DNA from: the human T2T-CHM13v2.0 reference genome, Homo sapiens
NCBI RefSeq assembly: GCF_009914755.1
Contig: NC_060947.1
Length of the DNA: 64,000 nucleotides
Strand: one strand, 5' to 3'
The notes under the pieces are model-generated. The model made no database searches, was not told the origin of the DNA, and saw only the letters and a list, made by a program, of their open reading frames with translations. How positions within the stretch are numbered: position 1 is the stretch's first letter; each line of letters opens with the position of its first letter. Below, piece after piece: positions 35,234 through 48,450 of the stretch. The translations under genes and the position numbers were made by a program.

Positions 35234-35339
35234 CTTTTCTCCACCTCTGCCTCTCCGTTTTTCAGCCCACAGAGAAGATCAAACAGAACTTGAAATGGGT
35301 ATGTGTTTACATATGAGAGCTGAAAAAAGACAGTAGAAT

Positions 35340-35490
35340 ATTCTCTTGCTCAGTCTCAGCTGGGAACATGTGTGTCAGGTGACTCAATGTTTTTGCTGGT
35401 CTGTGCATGTCTGCAAATGACCACAAACATGCTACAAGTATTGATTTGGGGGTTACAAATAAATTTTAGGAAGTATACAAATTCCAGTGT
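35340..35490 (+). mobile_element. Tigger4/MER46-like DNA transposon fragment
   Basis: cagctgggaacatgtgtgtcaggtgactcaa...gtattgatttgggggttacaaataaattttag matches the recalled Tigger4/MER46 consensus with CpG decay. Confidence 0.7.
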
Positions 35491-35950
35491 ACACCAGAAT
35501 TCAACAAGGCGATGATGAAGAACTTCGGAGGCACAGAAACTCGAGATAGCAGCATAGAGAGGGAAGTGAAGCCCCTGGCCTAAATAGGCTTTGGAGTCAA
35601 GAGGCACTCCCCATTGTGGGAAAAAGGTAAGCAGAAAATCCCTAGCAGTGCTCATTCTCACCATGGATGCCTGCAATCCTAGCTACAGGAGATCCTGACA
35701 GCCCTCACAGGTCCTGAGTCCAGTATAGGGAGCTGCCTAGAGTTCATGTGACTGCATTCTTTTAGAGAGGGAATTCACACTACATTTTCCCGTGACCCCA
35801 GGACTCACGGGGACTCAGACTGCTGCAGTATGGTGCCATTTTGAGAGCAGAGTCACGGGAGTATGTATTGCCCTTGATGTTCAATGGCCCCTGTATCTCC
35901 ACATCCCTGGAGCCCTGTCAATATCCCACCACAACCACCTACAGGGCTGC
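35491..35950 (+). mobile_element. Old L1M-type 5'UTR fragment
   Basis: gggaaaaaggtaagcag...ccatggatgcctgcaatcctagctacaggaga...tgccattttgagag resembles old L1 5' sequence. Confidence 0.5.
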
Positions 35951-37448
35951 ACAGTGGGGTGTTGAAGTCCTCAACTATTATTTATTGGGGTCTGGTTATC
36001 CCTTTAGCTTTAATAATATTTGCTTTATATATCTGGGTGCTCTGGTGTTGTGTGCACACATATATTTACAATTGTGATATTCTTTTGTTGGATGTTTTTT
36101 TACTGTATAATGTCCTTCTTTGTCTCTTTTTATAGCTTTTGATTTGAAGTCTGTTTTGTCTGACATAAGCATAATTACTCCTGCTCACTTTTGGTTTCCA
36201 TTTGCAAGGAATATCTTTTTCCATCCCTTCACTTTCAGTATACGTGTGTGTTTTCACAGATGAGGTGAGTTTCTTGTAGGCAGTATATAGTTGGGTCTTT
36301 AAAAAAATCATTCAGCCAATCTATATCTTTTAAACAGGGAATGCAATCCATTTACATTCAAAGTTGTTATTGATTAGGTGAGGACTTACTCCTTTCATTT
36401 TATTGATTTTCTAGTTGTTTTGTATGTACTTTGTTCCTTACTTCTTCTCTTATTGTTTATTTTTGCAGTTGGGTGGCTTTCTGTAGAGATAAGGTTTGAC
36501 TTTTTTTTTTTCTCCTTTGTGTGTTGGCTCTACCAGTGAGTTTTGTAGTTTCACATGTTTTCATGATCATCTTTTCACTTCCAGATGTAAAACTCCTTTG
36601 AGCATTTCCTGTAAGTCTGGTCTAGTGGCAATTAATTCCCTTATTTTTTGCTTGTTTGTGAAATGTTTTACTTCTGAAGGATATATTTGCTGGGAAATAT
36701 TTTATGGGTAAAACTTCAAAAGCACAGGCAAAAAAGCAAAAATAGACAACTTGGTTATATCAAACTAAAAAGCTTCTTTACAGTAAAGAAAACAATGAAC
36801 AGGGTGAAGAGCGGGCAAATATATTTGCAAACTATTCATCTGACAAGAGATTAATATCCAGACTATACAATGAACTCAAAAACCTCAACAGGAAAAAAAC
36901 AGATTATCTAATAAATGTGGGCAAATGATATGAACAGAGATTTCTAAAAAAAAAAAAACATGCAAATGGCCAATAAGTGCACGTAAAAATGCTCAACATC
37001 ACTAATCATCAGGGAAATGCAAATCAAAACCATAATGAGCTATTATCTCACTCCAGTTAAAATGGCTAATATCAAAAGAAAAAAAATAACAAATGCTGGT
37101 GAGGATGTGAGGAAAAAGGAACTCCTATACTGTTGATGGGAGTGTAAATTGCTGTAACTTTTATGGAATACAGTATGGCAGTTCCTCAAAAAGTTAAAAA
37201 TAGAACTACCATATGATCCAGCAATTCTACTACTGGGCATTTATCCAGAGGAAAGGAAAGAGATGTCTGAATCCCCATGCTTATTGCAGTACTATTCACA
37301 ATAGTCAAGATATGGAATCAATCTAAGTGTCTGTCAACACATGAATGGATAACGAGAACGTGGTATATATACACAATGGAATACTATTCAGTCATAAAAA
37401 AGTAAATCCTATCATTCATTGCAATATGGTTAAGCCTAGAGGACATTA

Positions 37449-37797
<349 letters not shown>

Positions 37798-38301
37798 GAA
37801 ATATCAAGCACAGGTACATAAATATTGCATGTTTTTACTCATGTGGGAGCTAAAAAAGTTGAGCTCATAAAAGTATTAGAAGAGTAGGATTGTGGTTGTT
37901 AGAGGTTAGGAAGGGTAGGGAGGAGGAAAGGATAGGGAGAGGTTGATCGATGGATACAAAATTTCAGCTAGATAGGAGGAACACATTCTAGTATTCTATA
38001 GAACTATAGAGTCACTGTAGTTAAGAATAATTTTGTAACTTAAAAAATTAGTACAACTTGGGAATATTTTGCTTCACATAGACTGGATTATTTAATTAAA
38101 ATTTATTTGTTTATTGATTCTGTTACACCTAAAATTATGTATGGAGAATATGTGTGAAAAGGGATACTAGAATTTGAGTAAAAACACAAGGGTTTATAGT
38201 AAAAGATAATCTTTTATATAACTCTTGGGACCATCTTGAACTCTATTGAAGTGTTACGTCCTTCAATCATTCTAAATTTCATAAAGATTGTCAGTTTTTC
38301 T

Positions 38302-38656
<355 letters not shown>

Positions 38657-38952
38657 TTAATTATACAAATAATACATGCCGATTGATTTTTAAAAGGTCT
38701 TTCAGTCTATATGACACACAGGTATAATCTTTCACCATCATACTCTCCTCTTCAAAGGAGCTACTTTACCATTTTACTATGTAAGTTCTTCTAAAAACTT
38801 CTATGCATTTTTGAGCAAGAATCTACTATATTATTTATAAGCAATAAAAAATTCATCCATTACATTTTGAGGCCTCAGCATAATTTTCAATTGCTCAGAA
38901 ATTCAAAAACTCAAAAACATTTTGATGTTACTTTATTTTACTTACATCTTAC

Positions 38953-39745
38953 TTACTTTTCTGTAAATAGATACAATCTTTTAAAAATGTGGTCAATTCC
39001 CAAACTTTTATGTTATTCCTCAAAAGCACCAACCTTCTCAAGACAACGAATATTACATACTGTACTGAACAGCCTTTCAATTTCAGCAAGTAGAACACAA
39101 AATGGTGGGCCTGCATGTTTAGTTGGATCATAAGAAAGAACACACATGAGGTACTGAAACCCTTTACCCAGGTTGGACGACATTATAACTGCATAGCATT
39201 TGTGATCAGCTGGATTAATGGCAACTAATGCTCTTCCATCCTAAATCCTGTCAAATTTGCCAATATTTGCTCTAGGAGGATAAAAAATACAGCAACAGTA
39301 CAATGAAATGTTCCCCAAAGAACTCTTAAACACTTTGGCTCCAGGAATTTTGGTGATTGGCTCTTCTGAGTAAGAAAGATTCTGCTCTGTAAAAAAATCT
39401 CATATCCCACACCAAGTACTTGGTGATTTCCACAGCAAGTACTTGGTGATTTCCACACCAAAAGTACTTGGTGATTTCCACATCAAGTACACTGTGTCCC
39501 CAGTCTGCAAAATATTTCATCTCAACTGCTTTTCCACACAGAGGAAAAAATACCCTCACTCCACTCTTGCCTTTAAGAAAAGTATCTAAATGCTGCTTTA
39601 ATAGCTGATGTCCTTGTTTTTGACGAAAACCAATATTTCAGTTCACCCACTTGTCTTGCCATTCTTGCAGAGTTAGTACTTGTTTTTTTTGCACCTCAGT
39701 ATCTGGGTACTATTCAATATCAAGTGAAGTTCTTGTACCATCCAT
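38953..39745 (-). pseudogene. TPMT: Disabled TPMT coding sequence (thiopurine S-methyltransferase)
   Basis: Hand translation: MDGTRTSLDIE*YPDTEVQ...EWQDKWVN...[42 protein letters not shown]...[12 protein letters not shown]...ALVAINPAD...[15 protein letters not shown]...EIERLF...CNIRCLEKV...LYLFTEK*. There is a stop at codon 12 (39710-39712), a +1 frameshift in an A-run, further stops and a tandem expansion. Confidence 0.96.
39407..39490. repeat. ~3.5 copies of a 23-bp unit (ccacaccaagtacttggtgattt)
   Basis: Units start at 39407, 39430, 39453 and 39478 (periods 23, 23, 25). Confidence 0.95.
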
Positions 39746-39789
39746 AGTTTTGTAGACACTTTTGTCTCACAATCACATATCTTCAATGC

Positions 39790-39905
39790 CTTTATGGGTT
39801 TATTATAAAGGATATTGCAAAGGATAAAGATGAAGAGATGTGTAGAGTGAGGTAGGCATGCCATGCTCCAGGAACCTCTAAATGTTCAGCTACCAGGAAG
39901 CTCTC
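39790..39905 (-). mobile_element. MER21-like LTR segment
   Basis: gtttattataaaggatattgcaaaggataaagatgaagagatg...ctccaggaacctctaaatgttcagctaccaggaagctctc matches the recalled MER21 consensus. Confidence 0.75.
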
Positions 39906-40269
39906 TGATATGTTTAGGCTATGTCTCCATCCAAATCTCATCTTGAATTGTAGTTCCCATAATCCTCATATGTGGTGAGAGAGACCCAGTGGGAGGTAAT
40001 TGAATCATGGTGATGGTTACCCCCATCCAGTTCTTGTGATAGTGAATGAGTTTTCACAAGATCTGATGGTTTTATAAGGGGCTTTTCACCCTTTGCTCGG
40101 CACTTCTCTCTCCTTCCACCCTGTGAAGAAGGATGTGTTTTCAAAATGATTGTAAGTTTCCTGAGGCCTCCCCAGCCATGCAGAACTGTAAGTCAATTAA
40201 ACCTCTTTTCTTTATAAATTACCCAGTCTTGGGTATTTCCTCATAGCAGTGTGAGAACAAACTAATACA
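39906..40269 (+). mobile_element. THE1B/C-like solo LTR
   Basis: tgatatgtttaggct...gagaacaaactaataca. Perfect TSD ctctc (39901-39905 / 40270-40274). Confidence 0.93.
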
Positions 40270-40479
40270 CTCTCCAACAATAATTTACAGTATATTTTTA
40301 AACAGTTAGAAACAAGGATTTTGAATGTTCCCAACACAAAGAAATTGTAAATGTTTGAGGTGATATACATTCTAATTACCCCAATTTGGTCATTACATAT
40401 TGTATACATTTATTGAAATATCACTTCCTACTCCATAAATATGTATGATTATTATGTGTCAATTAAAAGAAAATTTCCA

Positions 40480-42230
40480 AAAAATTGTTTGACTATGTAT
40501 GCAGGGGATTATTTCTGGACTGTCTATTCTATTCCATTGGTCTATGTGTCTGTCTTTATGCCAGTACCAACACTATTGATTACTGTAGCTTTGAAGTAAC
40601 TTTTGAAATTGAGAATTGTGATTCCTCCAACTTCATTCTTCCTTTTCAAGATTATATTGGTGATTTAGAATCCCTTGAAATTTTTTATACATTTTATGGT
40701 TCTACTACTCCATTTCTACACAAAAGGCCACTGGAATTTGATAAGGATTAAACTAAATCTGTACATCACTTTAGATAGCATTGATATTTTGAGAATAATG
40801 TCTTTCAAGACACGAAAATATATTTTTTCAATTTTTTAAAGGTTTTCTTTAATGTCTTTCAGCAATGTTCTATAGTTTTCAGTGTGCAAGTCTTTCACAT
40901 CCTTGGGTAAATTTATTCCCAGGTATTCTTTGTATGTTATTGCAAATGTCATAGATTTCTTTATTTTTTGTTTAGTTCATTGCTGGTATGTAGAAACAAC
41001 TGAATTTTAGACTATCATATAATTTTGCTGAATTCATTTATTAACTCTAGTAGCTTTTTTTGTGGATTATATGTGATTGTCTACATATAGGATTATCGCA
41101 CCTGCAAATAGAGATAGGTTTACTTTTTCCTATTTTGAATGCCTTTTATTTCATTTTTTTGCCTAATTGCCCCAGTTAGAACTTTCAGTACAATGTTGAA
41201 TATCAGTGATAAAAGCTTGTCTTGTTCCTGATCTGGGGGAAAGCTTTTAGTGTTTTGAAACTGAGCATGGTGATAGCTATAGTTTTTTAAATAAATGCCT
41301 TTTAACATGTTGAAGAAGTTACCTTTTACACTTAGGATTTTTTTTCTGTTTTTATCATGAAAGGGTGTTGGATCTTGTCACATGTCTTTTAAACATCAAT
41401 TTGGTTGGTTATAGTTTTTCTTTTCTTCATTCTATTAACGTGGTTTATTGCATTGATTGATAGTAATATGTTGAAACACCCTTACATTCTTTGAATAAAT
41501 TTACTTGTTCATGGTTTATAATCCTTTCAATATGCTGTTGGATTCAGTTTGTATGCATTAAGTATTTTTGCACTTGTATTCATAGGGGATATTGGTGTGT
41601 AGTTTTCTTGTGAAGACTTTATCTGGTTTTTGTATCAGAATAATGCTGACCTCATAAAATGAATTAGGAAGTGTCCTTTTACTACTTTTTTTGGAAGAGC
41701 TTGAGTAGAACTCTCATTTATTCTTATTTAAATATTTGGCAAAATTCATAGTGAAGCCATCTGTTCCTGGTCTCCTCTTTGTGGAGAGGTCTTTAAAATT
41801 ACTGATTCAATCTCTTTACTTGATATACATTTTCAGATTTTCTATTTCTTTTTAAGACAGTTGTGGTAATTTGTGTTTTGTAGGAAGTTGGCCATTATAT
41901 ATAGTTTATCTCATTCCTTGGAATACAGTTCTTAATAGAATTCTATTTCTTATTTCATTAAGGTCAGTAGTAATAGCCCTGCTTTCACTTATAATTTAGT
42001 TGTTTACCTGTTCTCTCTTTTTAAATTCAGGTTAGCTAAAGTTTTGTCAGTTTAGTTGGTATTTGCAAGGAAATAAATTGAGTTTTGTTGCTTCTCCTAT
42101 TGGTTTCCTGTTTCACAGATTGCCACTCTGATCTATTATTTCCTTCCTTCTACTAGATTTGGCTTTTGTTTGCTCTTGTTTCTCCAGTTTCTAAAGGTTT
42201 AAAGTTAGTTTACTGATTAGAGATTTGTGT
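40480..42230 (-). mobile_element. Ancient L1M ORF2 fragment
   Basis: Decayed antisense ORF2 (LIFNIVLKVLTGAIRQKNEIKGIQ). Confidence 0.75.
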
Positions 42231-42234
42231 TTTT

Positions 42235-45060
42235 TTAAAAAAGTATTTAATTGACAAAGATTGTAAATATTGTAGGTGTGCCATGGGATGATCTGATTTA
42301 TATGTTATATAATGGTTACCACCATCAAATAAATTAAGACCTATCACCACCTATGCTGTACTTTAGGTCTACAGACTTGTTCATCTTATAACTTAAAGTT
42401 TGTTTCCTTTGACCAATATCTTCCCATTTCCTCCACGCCCCTCTCCTAGAACCACCATTCTACTCTCCAATGCTGTGAGTTTGACTTTTTTAGATTCTCT
42501 ACATAAGAGAGATCAAACAGTATTTGTCTTTCTGTGTCTCATTTTTTTTCACTTAGCATAATGTCCTCCAGACTCATCTATGTTATTGAAAATAGTATAT
42601 TTTTTATAGCTGAGTAATATTTCATTGTATATATATCACATTTTCTTTTTTTTAACTTTTATTTTAAGTTCTAGGGTACATGTGAAGGTTTGTTGCATAG
42701 GTAAACTTGTGTCATGGGAGTTTATTTTACAGATTATTTCATCATCCAGGTATTAAGCCGAGTACCCAATAATTATCTTTTCTGCTTCTCTCCCTCCACT
42801 CTCAAGTACACCTCAGTGTCTGTTGTTTTCTTCTTTGTGTTCATCAGTTCTCATAATTTATTTAGCTCCCACTTATAAGTAAGAACATATGGTATTTTGT
42901 TTTCTGCTCCGGGGTTAGTTTTCTAAGGATAATAGCCTCCAGCTCCGTCCATGTTCCCACAAAAGACATTATCTTGCTCTTTTTAATGGCTGCATAGTAT
43001 TCCATGGTGTGTACGTACCACATATTCTTTATCCACTCTGTCACTGATGGGCATTTATATTGATTCCATGTCTTTGCTATTGTGAATAGTGCTGCAATGA
43101 ACATTTGCATGCATATATTTTTATGGTAGAATGATCTGTATTTTTTTGGGTGTATACCCGGTAATGTCATTGCGGGGTTGAATGGTAGTTCTGCTTTTAA
43201 CTCTTTAAGGAATTACCATACTGCTTTTCAAAATGGTTGAACTAATTTACACTCCCACCAACAGTGTATAAGTGTTCCCTTTTCTCTGCACCCTCAGCAG
43301 CATCTGCTTTTTTTTTTTTTTACTTTTTAATAATGGTCATTCTGACTGGCATGAGATGGTATCTCATTTTGGTTTTGGCTTGCATTTCTCTAATGATCAG
43401 TGACATTGAGCTTTTTCTCAAATGCTTGTTGGCCTCATGTATGTCTTCTCTTCATAAGTGTCTGTTCATGTTCTTTGCCCACTTTAAATGGGGTCGTTTG
43501 TTTTTCTCTTGTAAATTTGTTTAAGTTCCTTATAGATGCTGGATATTAGACCTTTGTCAGATGCATAGTTTGCACATTTTTTCTCCCATTCTGTAGGTTG
43601 TCAGTTTATTCTGTTGACAGTTTGTTTTGCTGTGCAGAAGCTCTTCAGTTTAAGTAGATTCCATTTGTCAATTTTTGCTTTTATTACGATTGCTTTTGGT
43701 GTCTTCATCATGAAATCTTCACCCTTTCCTATGTCCAGGATGGTATTGCCTAGGTTGTCCTCCAGGGTTTTTATAGTTTTGGGTTTTATATTTAAGTCCT
43801 TAATGCATCTTGAGATTATTTTTATATGTGATGTAAGGAAGGGTTCCAGCTTCAATCTTGTTTATATGGCTAGCCAGTTATCCCAGCACCATTTATTGAA
43901 TAGGGAGTCTTTTCCCCATTGCTTGTTTTTGTCAGCTTTATTGAAGATCAAATGATTGTAGGTGTATGGCCTTAATTCTGGGCTATCTATTCTGTTCCAT
44001 TGGTCTATATGCCTGTTTTTGTAACAGTACCATGCTGTTTTATACTGTAGCCCTGCAGTATAGTTTGCAGTTGGGTTACATGATGCCTCCAGCTTTGTTC
44101 TTTTTGTTTAGAACTGCCTTGGCTATTTGGACTCCTTTTTGGTTCCATATGAGTTTTAAAATAGTTTTTTTTCTAGTTCTGTGAAGAATGTCATTGGTAG
44201 TTTGGTAGGAATAGCATTGAATCTTTAAATTGCTTTGGGCAGTATGGCCATTTTAATGATATTGATTCTTCCTATCTATGAGCATGGGATGTTTTCCCAT
44301 TTGTTTGTGTCTTCTCTCATTTCTTTGAGCAGGGTTTTATAATTCTCATTGTAGAGTTCTTTCACCTCCGTGGTTAGATGTATTCTTAGGTATTTTATTC
44401 TTTTTGTGGCAACTGTGAATGGGATTGCCTTTATGATTTGGCTCTCGGCTTTGCTGTTGCTGGTGTATAGGAATGGTAGTAATTTTTGTACAGTGATTTT
44501 GTATCCTGCAACTTTGCTGAAGTTGTTTATCAGCTGAAGGAGCTTTTGGGTCTAGATTATGGGGTTTTCTAGGTATAGAATCATGTCGTCTGCAGAGATA
44601 GCTTGACTTCTTGTCTTTCTATTTGGATGTCCTTTATTTCTTTCTCTTGCCTGATTGCTCTGGCTATGACTTCTAATACTATGTTGAATAGGAGTGGTGA
44701 GAGAGAACATCCTTGTCTTGTGCCAGTTTTCAACAGGAATGCTCCCAGCTTTTACCCATTCAGTATAATGTTGACCGTGGGTTTGCAATAGATGGCTCTT
44801 ATTATTTTGAGGCATGTTCCTTTAATATGTAATTTATTGAGAGTTTTTATCATGAAGGGGTGCTGAATTTTATCAAAAACCTTTTCTGCATCTATTGAGA
44901 TAATCATGTATATCGCGTTTTCTTTATCCATTTATCCATTGATGGACATTTAGGTTGCTTTAATATTGTGACTATTGTGAATAATGCGGCAATGAACATG
45001 GAGGTGCAGACACCTCTTTGAAACAGTGATTTCATTTCCTTTGGATATATGCCCAAAAGA
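42235..45060 (-). mobile_element. L1MA-type 3' end (host), split by a younger L1PA
   Basis: 3'UTR at 42235-42645 resumes at 44923 (tttatccatttatccattgatggacatttagg). Confidence 0.75.
42646..44908 (-). mobile_element. 5'-truncated L1PA (about L1PA12-14)
   Basis: Poly-T, 3'UTR and ORF2 remnants. TSD tatatcacattttc (42632-42645) / tatatcgcgttttc (44909-44922). Confidence 0.88.
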
Positions 45061-45064
45061 AATG

Positions 45065-46320
45065 CTTAGCTAGACTAACCAAGAAGAAAGAAAGATCTCA
45101 ATCAAATTAATAAAATTATAAGTGAAAGAACAGACTTTACAATTGATACCAGAGAAATACAAAGGATCATAAGAGACTGCTATAAACAATTATACAACAA
45201 CATATTGAATAACTCAGAAGAAATGGATAAATTCCTAGATACTTACAACCTACCAAAACTGAATCATGAAAAATTAGAACATCTGAGCAGAGCAATAATA
45301 ATAAAGTGATTGATTCACTAACCAAACTCTCCGAACAAAGAAAAGCATAGGACCACATGGCTTTACTGGTAAATTTGACCAATAATTTAAAGGAGGTCCA
45401 GGAGTGGTGGCTCACGCCTGTAATCCCAGCACTTTGGGAGATGGGTGGATCACGAGGTTAGGAGGAGATCGAGACCATCCTGGCTAACACGGTGAAACCC
45501 CATCTCTACTACATGCAAAAAATTAGCCAGGCATGGTGGCAGGAGCCTGTAGTCCCAGCTACTCAGGAGGCTGAGGCAGGAGAATGGCATGAACCCGGGA
45601 GGCAGAGCTTGCAGTGGGCCAAGATCACACCACTGCACTCCAGCCTGGGCAACAGAGCATGACTCCATCTCAAATAATAATAATAATAATAATAATAATA
45701 ACTTAAAGGAGAATTAATGCCAAGCTTTCTCAAACTCCTTCAAAAAATCGTAGAGGAGGGAAAACTTCCAAACTCATTTTATAAGGCCAGCATTACCCTG
45801 ACAACAAAGCAAGATAAGAACAAAACAAGAAGAGAAAATTACAGGCCAATATCCCTAGTGAAGATAGATGGAAAAATCCTGAACAAAATACAAGGAAACT
45901 GAATTTGACAGCACATTAAAAGGATCATACACTGTGATCAAGTTAGATTTTTCTCTGAGATACATGATGGTATCTCACATCAATAAATGTGATACACAAC
46001 ATCAACAGAATAAAAGATAAAATCATATAATCATGACAATAGAGAAAAAGCATTTGACAAAATTCAATATCTTTTTCTGATAATAAATTATGTGTAGAAG
46101 GAATGTACCTCAACATAATAAGGGCCATATATGACAATCCCACAACTGACATCATACTTGGTAATGGAAAGGTGGAAGCATTTCCTCTAAGATCAAAACA
46201 AGACGAGGATGTCCACTCTCACAAATTCCATTCAACATAGTACGGGAAGCCCTAGCCAGATAAATTGGGCAATAAAAAGAAATAAAAAGACATCTATTGG
46301 AAAGGGAGAAGTTGAATTGT
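45065..46320 (+). mobile_element. Old L1 ORF2 fragment, host of an AluY
   Basis: [12 protein letters not shown]...ENYRPISL (ORF 45717-45902). Confidence 0.8.
45395..45696 (+). mobile_element. AluY with a (TAA)n tail
   Basis: gagatcgagaccatcctggctaacacggtg, gaatggcatgaacc. TSD aataatttaaagga (45381-45394) / aataacttaaagga (45697-45710). Confidence 0.92.
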
Positions 46321-46329
46321 TTTTATCTT

Positions 46330-46905
46330 TTTATTTTAGACTTTTACAGCAATAGATTTCCTCCTGAGCACTGCTTCCACTGCATCCCATAAATTTTGGA
46401 ATGTTATCTTTCATGGTCATTTATCTCTAGGTATTTTCAAATTTCCTTCGTGATTTGTTTTCCGATCTGGTGGTTAAGACTGTGTGGCTTAACTTCTACA
46501 TATTTGTGAATTTTCTTTTTTGTCTACTGTTATGATTTTTAGCTTCATTCCATTTTGAACATGTTAGGTCTAGTTGGTTTATAGTGGTGTTCAAGTGCTC
46601 TGTTTTCTTATCTCCTGTCTAGATGTTCTATGAAGTATTGAAAGTGGAGTCTTGAAATCTCCAGCTATTATTGTAGAATGGTCTATTTCACCCATAGATT
46701 TGATCTGTCAATATTTGGTTCACATATTTGGGGGCTCCTTTGTTTTGTGTATATATATTTATAATGGTTATATCTTCTTAATATATTAATATTTTTATCA
46801 ATATGTAATGCCCATCATTTTCTCTTATAGTAAATGTAAACTTGGAATCTATTTGGTCTGATATTAGCATAGTTATCCTTTTCTCCTTTGATGACTATTT
46901 GCATA
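46330..46905 (-). mobile_element. Ancient L1M ORF2 5' (EN) fragment
   Basis: ttgaaagtggagtcttgaaatctccagctattattgtag. Confidence 0.65.
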
Positions 46906-46909
46906 GGAT

Positions 46910-47035
46910 CTTTTCTTTTTTTGAGACATGGCCTTGCTATATTGCCCAGGGTGGACATAAACTCCTGGCTCAAGCAATCCTTCCACCTCAGCCTCCTGAG
47001 TACCTAGGACTACAGGCGCCTGCCACTGTACTCAG
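46910..47035 (-). mobile_element. FLAM-like Alu monomer
   Basis: tttgagacatggccttgctatattgcccagg...ctcaagcaatcc...ggactacaggc. Confidence 0.75.
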
Positions 47036-47089
47036 TAGAATATATTTTTCTTTTCTTTTTTTTTTGACTTATGCTAGTGGTTAGCTTTT

Positions 47090-47780
47090 ATTTCATTTTA
47101 TTTTTTTCTTCAACTTTTATTTTAAGTTCAGGGGTACATGTACAGAATGTGGAGGTTTTTAGCATGGGTAAACGTGCGCCATGTTCATTTGCTGCACACA
47201 TCATCCCATCACCTAGGTATTAAGCCCAGGATCCATTAACTATTCTTACAGATGCTCTCCCTTCCCCGACCTCACTCAACAGGCCCCAGTGTGTGTTGTT
47301 CCCCACCATGTGTCCATGTGTTCTCATTATTCAGCTCCCACTTAAAAGTGAGAACATGTGGTGTTTGGTTTTCTGTTCCTGCATTAGTTTGCTGAGGTTA
47401 ATGGCTTCCAATTCCATTCATGTCCCTGCAAAAGACATTATCTCTTTCCTTTTTATGGCTGCATAGTATTCCATGGTGTATGCGTACCATATTTTCTTTA
47501 CCTAGTCTATCACTGATGGGCATTTAGGTTGATTTCATGTCTTTGCTATTGTATATAGTGCTGCAGTGAACATACACATGCATGTATCTTTATAATAGAA
47601 TGATTTACATTCCTTTGGGTATATATCTAGTAATGGAATTGCTGGGCCAAATGGTATTTCTGCCTCCAGGTCTTTCAAGAATTGCCACTCTGTCTTCCAC
47701 AATGGTTGAAATAATTTACCCTCCCACCAACAGTATAAAAGTGTTCCTTTTTCTCTGCAACCTCGCCAGCATCTGTTTTT
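47090..47780 (-). mobile_element. L1PA8-11-like 3' fragment
   Basis: ttttaagttcaggggtacatgtacagaatgtggagg... 3'UTR. Confidence 0.8.
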
Positions 47781-48450
47781 TTTCTTTAAATTTCAATAGG
47801 TTTTTGGGGGAACAGGTGGTGTTTGGTTTCATGAATAAGTTCTTCAGTGGTGATTACTGAGATTTTGGTGCACCCATCACGTAAGCAGTGTACACTATAC
47901 CCAATGTGTAGTCTTTTATCCCTCACCACCCCTACCCTTTCACCCAAGTCCCCAAAGTCCAGTGTATCATTCTTAGGCCTTTGTGTACTCATAGCTTAGC
48001 TCTCCCATATGAGTGAGAACAAACGATGTTTGGTTTTCCATTCCTGAGTTATTTCACTTAGAATAATAGTCTCCAATTCCATCCAGGTTGCTGCGAATGC
48101 CATTATATCTTTCCTTTTTATGGTTGAGTAGTATTCCATGGTATATATCTACCACATTTTCTTTATCCACTCGTTGATTGATGGGCATTTGGGCTGGTTC
48201 CATATTTTTACAATCGCAAATTGTGCTACTATAAACACGTGTGTGAAAGTATCTTTTTGGTATAATGGCTTCTTTTCCTCTGAGTAGATACCTAGTAGTG
48301 GGATTGCTGGATCAAACAGTAGAACTACTTTTAGTTCCTTAAGGAATCTCCACACTGTTTTCCATGTGGTTGTACTAGTTGACATTCCCACCAACAGTGT
48401 AAAAATGTTTCTTTTTCACTGCATCCACTTCAACATCTGTTATTTTTTGA
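47781..48450 (-). mobile_element. L1PB-like 3' fragment
   Basis: tttcaataggtttttgggggaacaggtggtgtttgg, typical of the L1PB 3' end. Confidence 0.8.

Noticed and set aside
38945-38960. Strong minus-strand splice donor AAAA|gtaagt
   Set aside because: It coincides with the TPMT terminal codons (AAG TAA) and 3'UTR, so it needs no exon explanation.
39407-39490. CRISPR-like palindromic direct repeats
   Set aside because: There are no unique spacers and no cas genes, and the context is eukaryotic. It is a tandem duplication of TPMT coding sequence.
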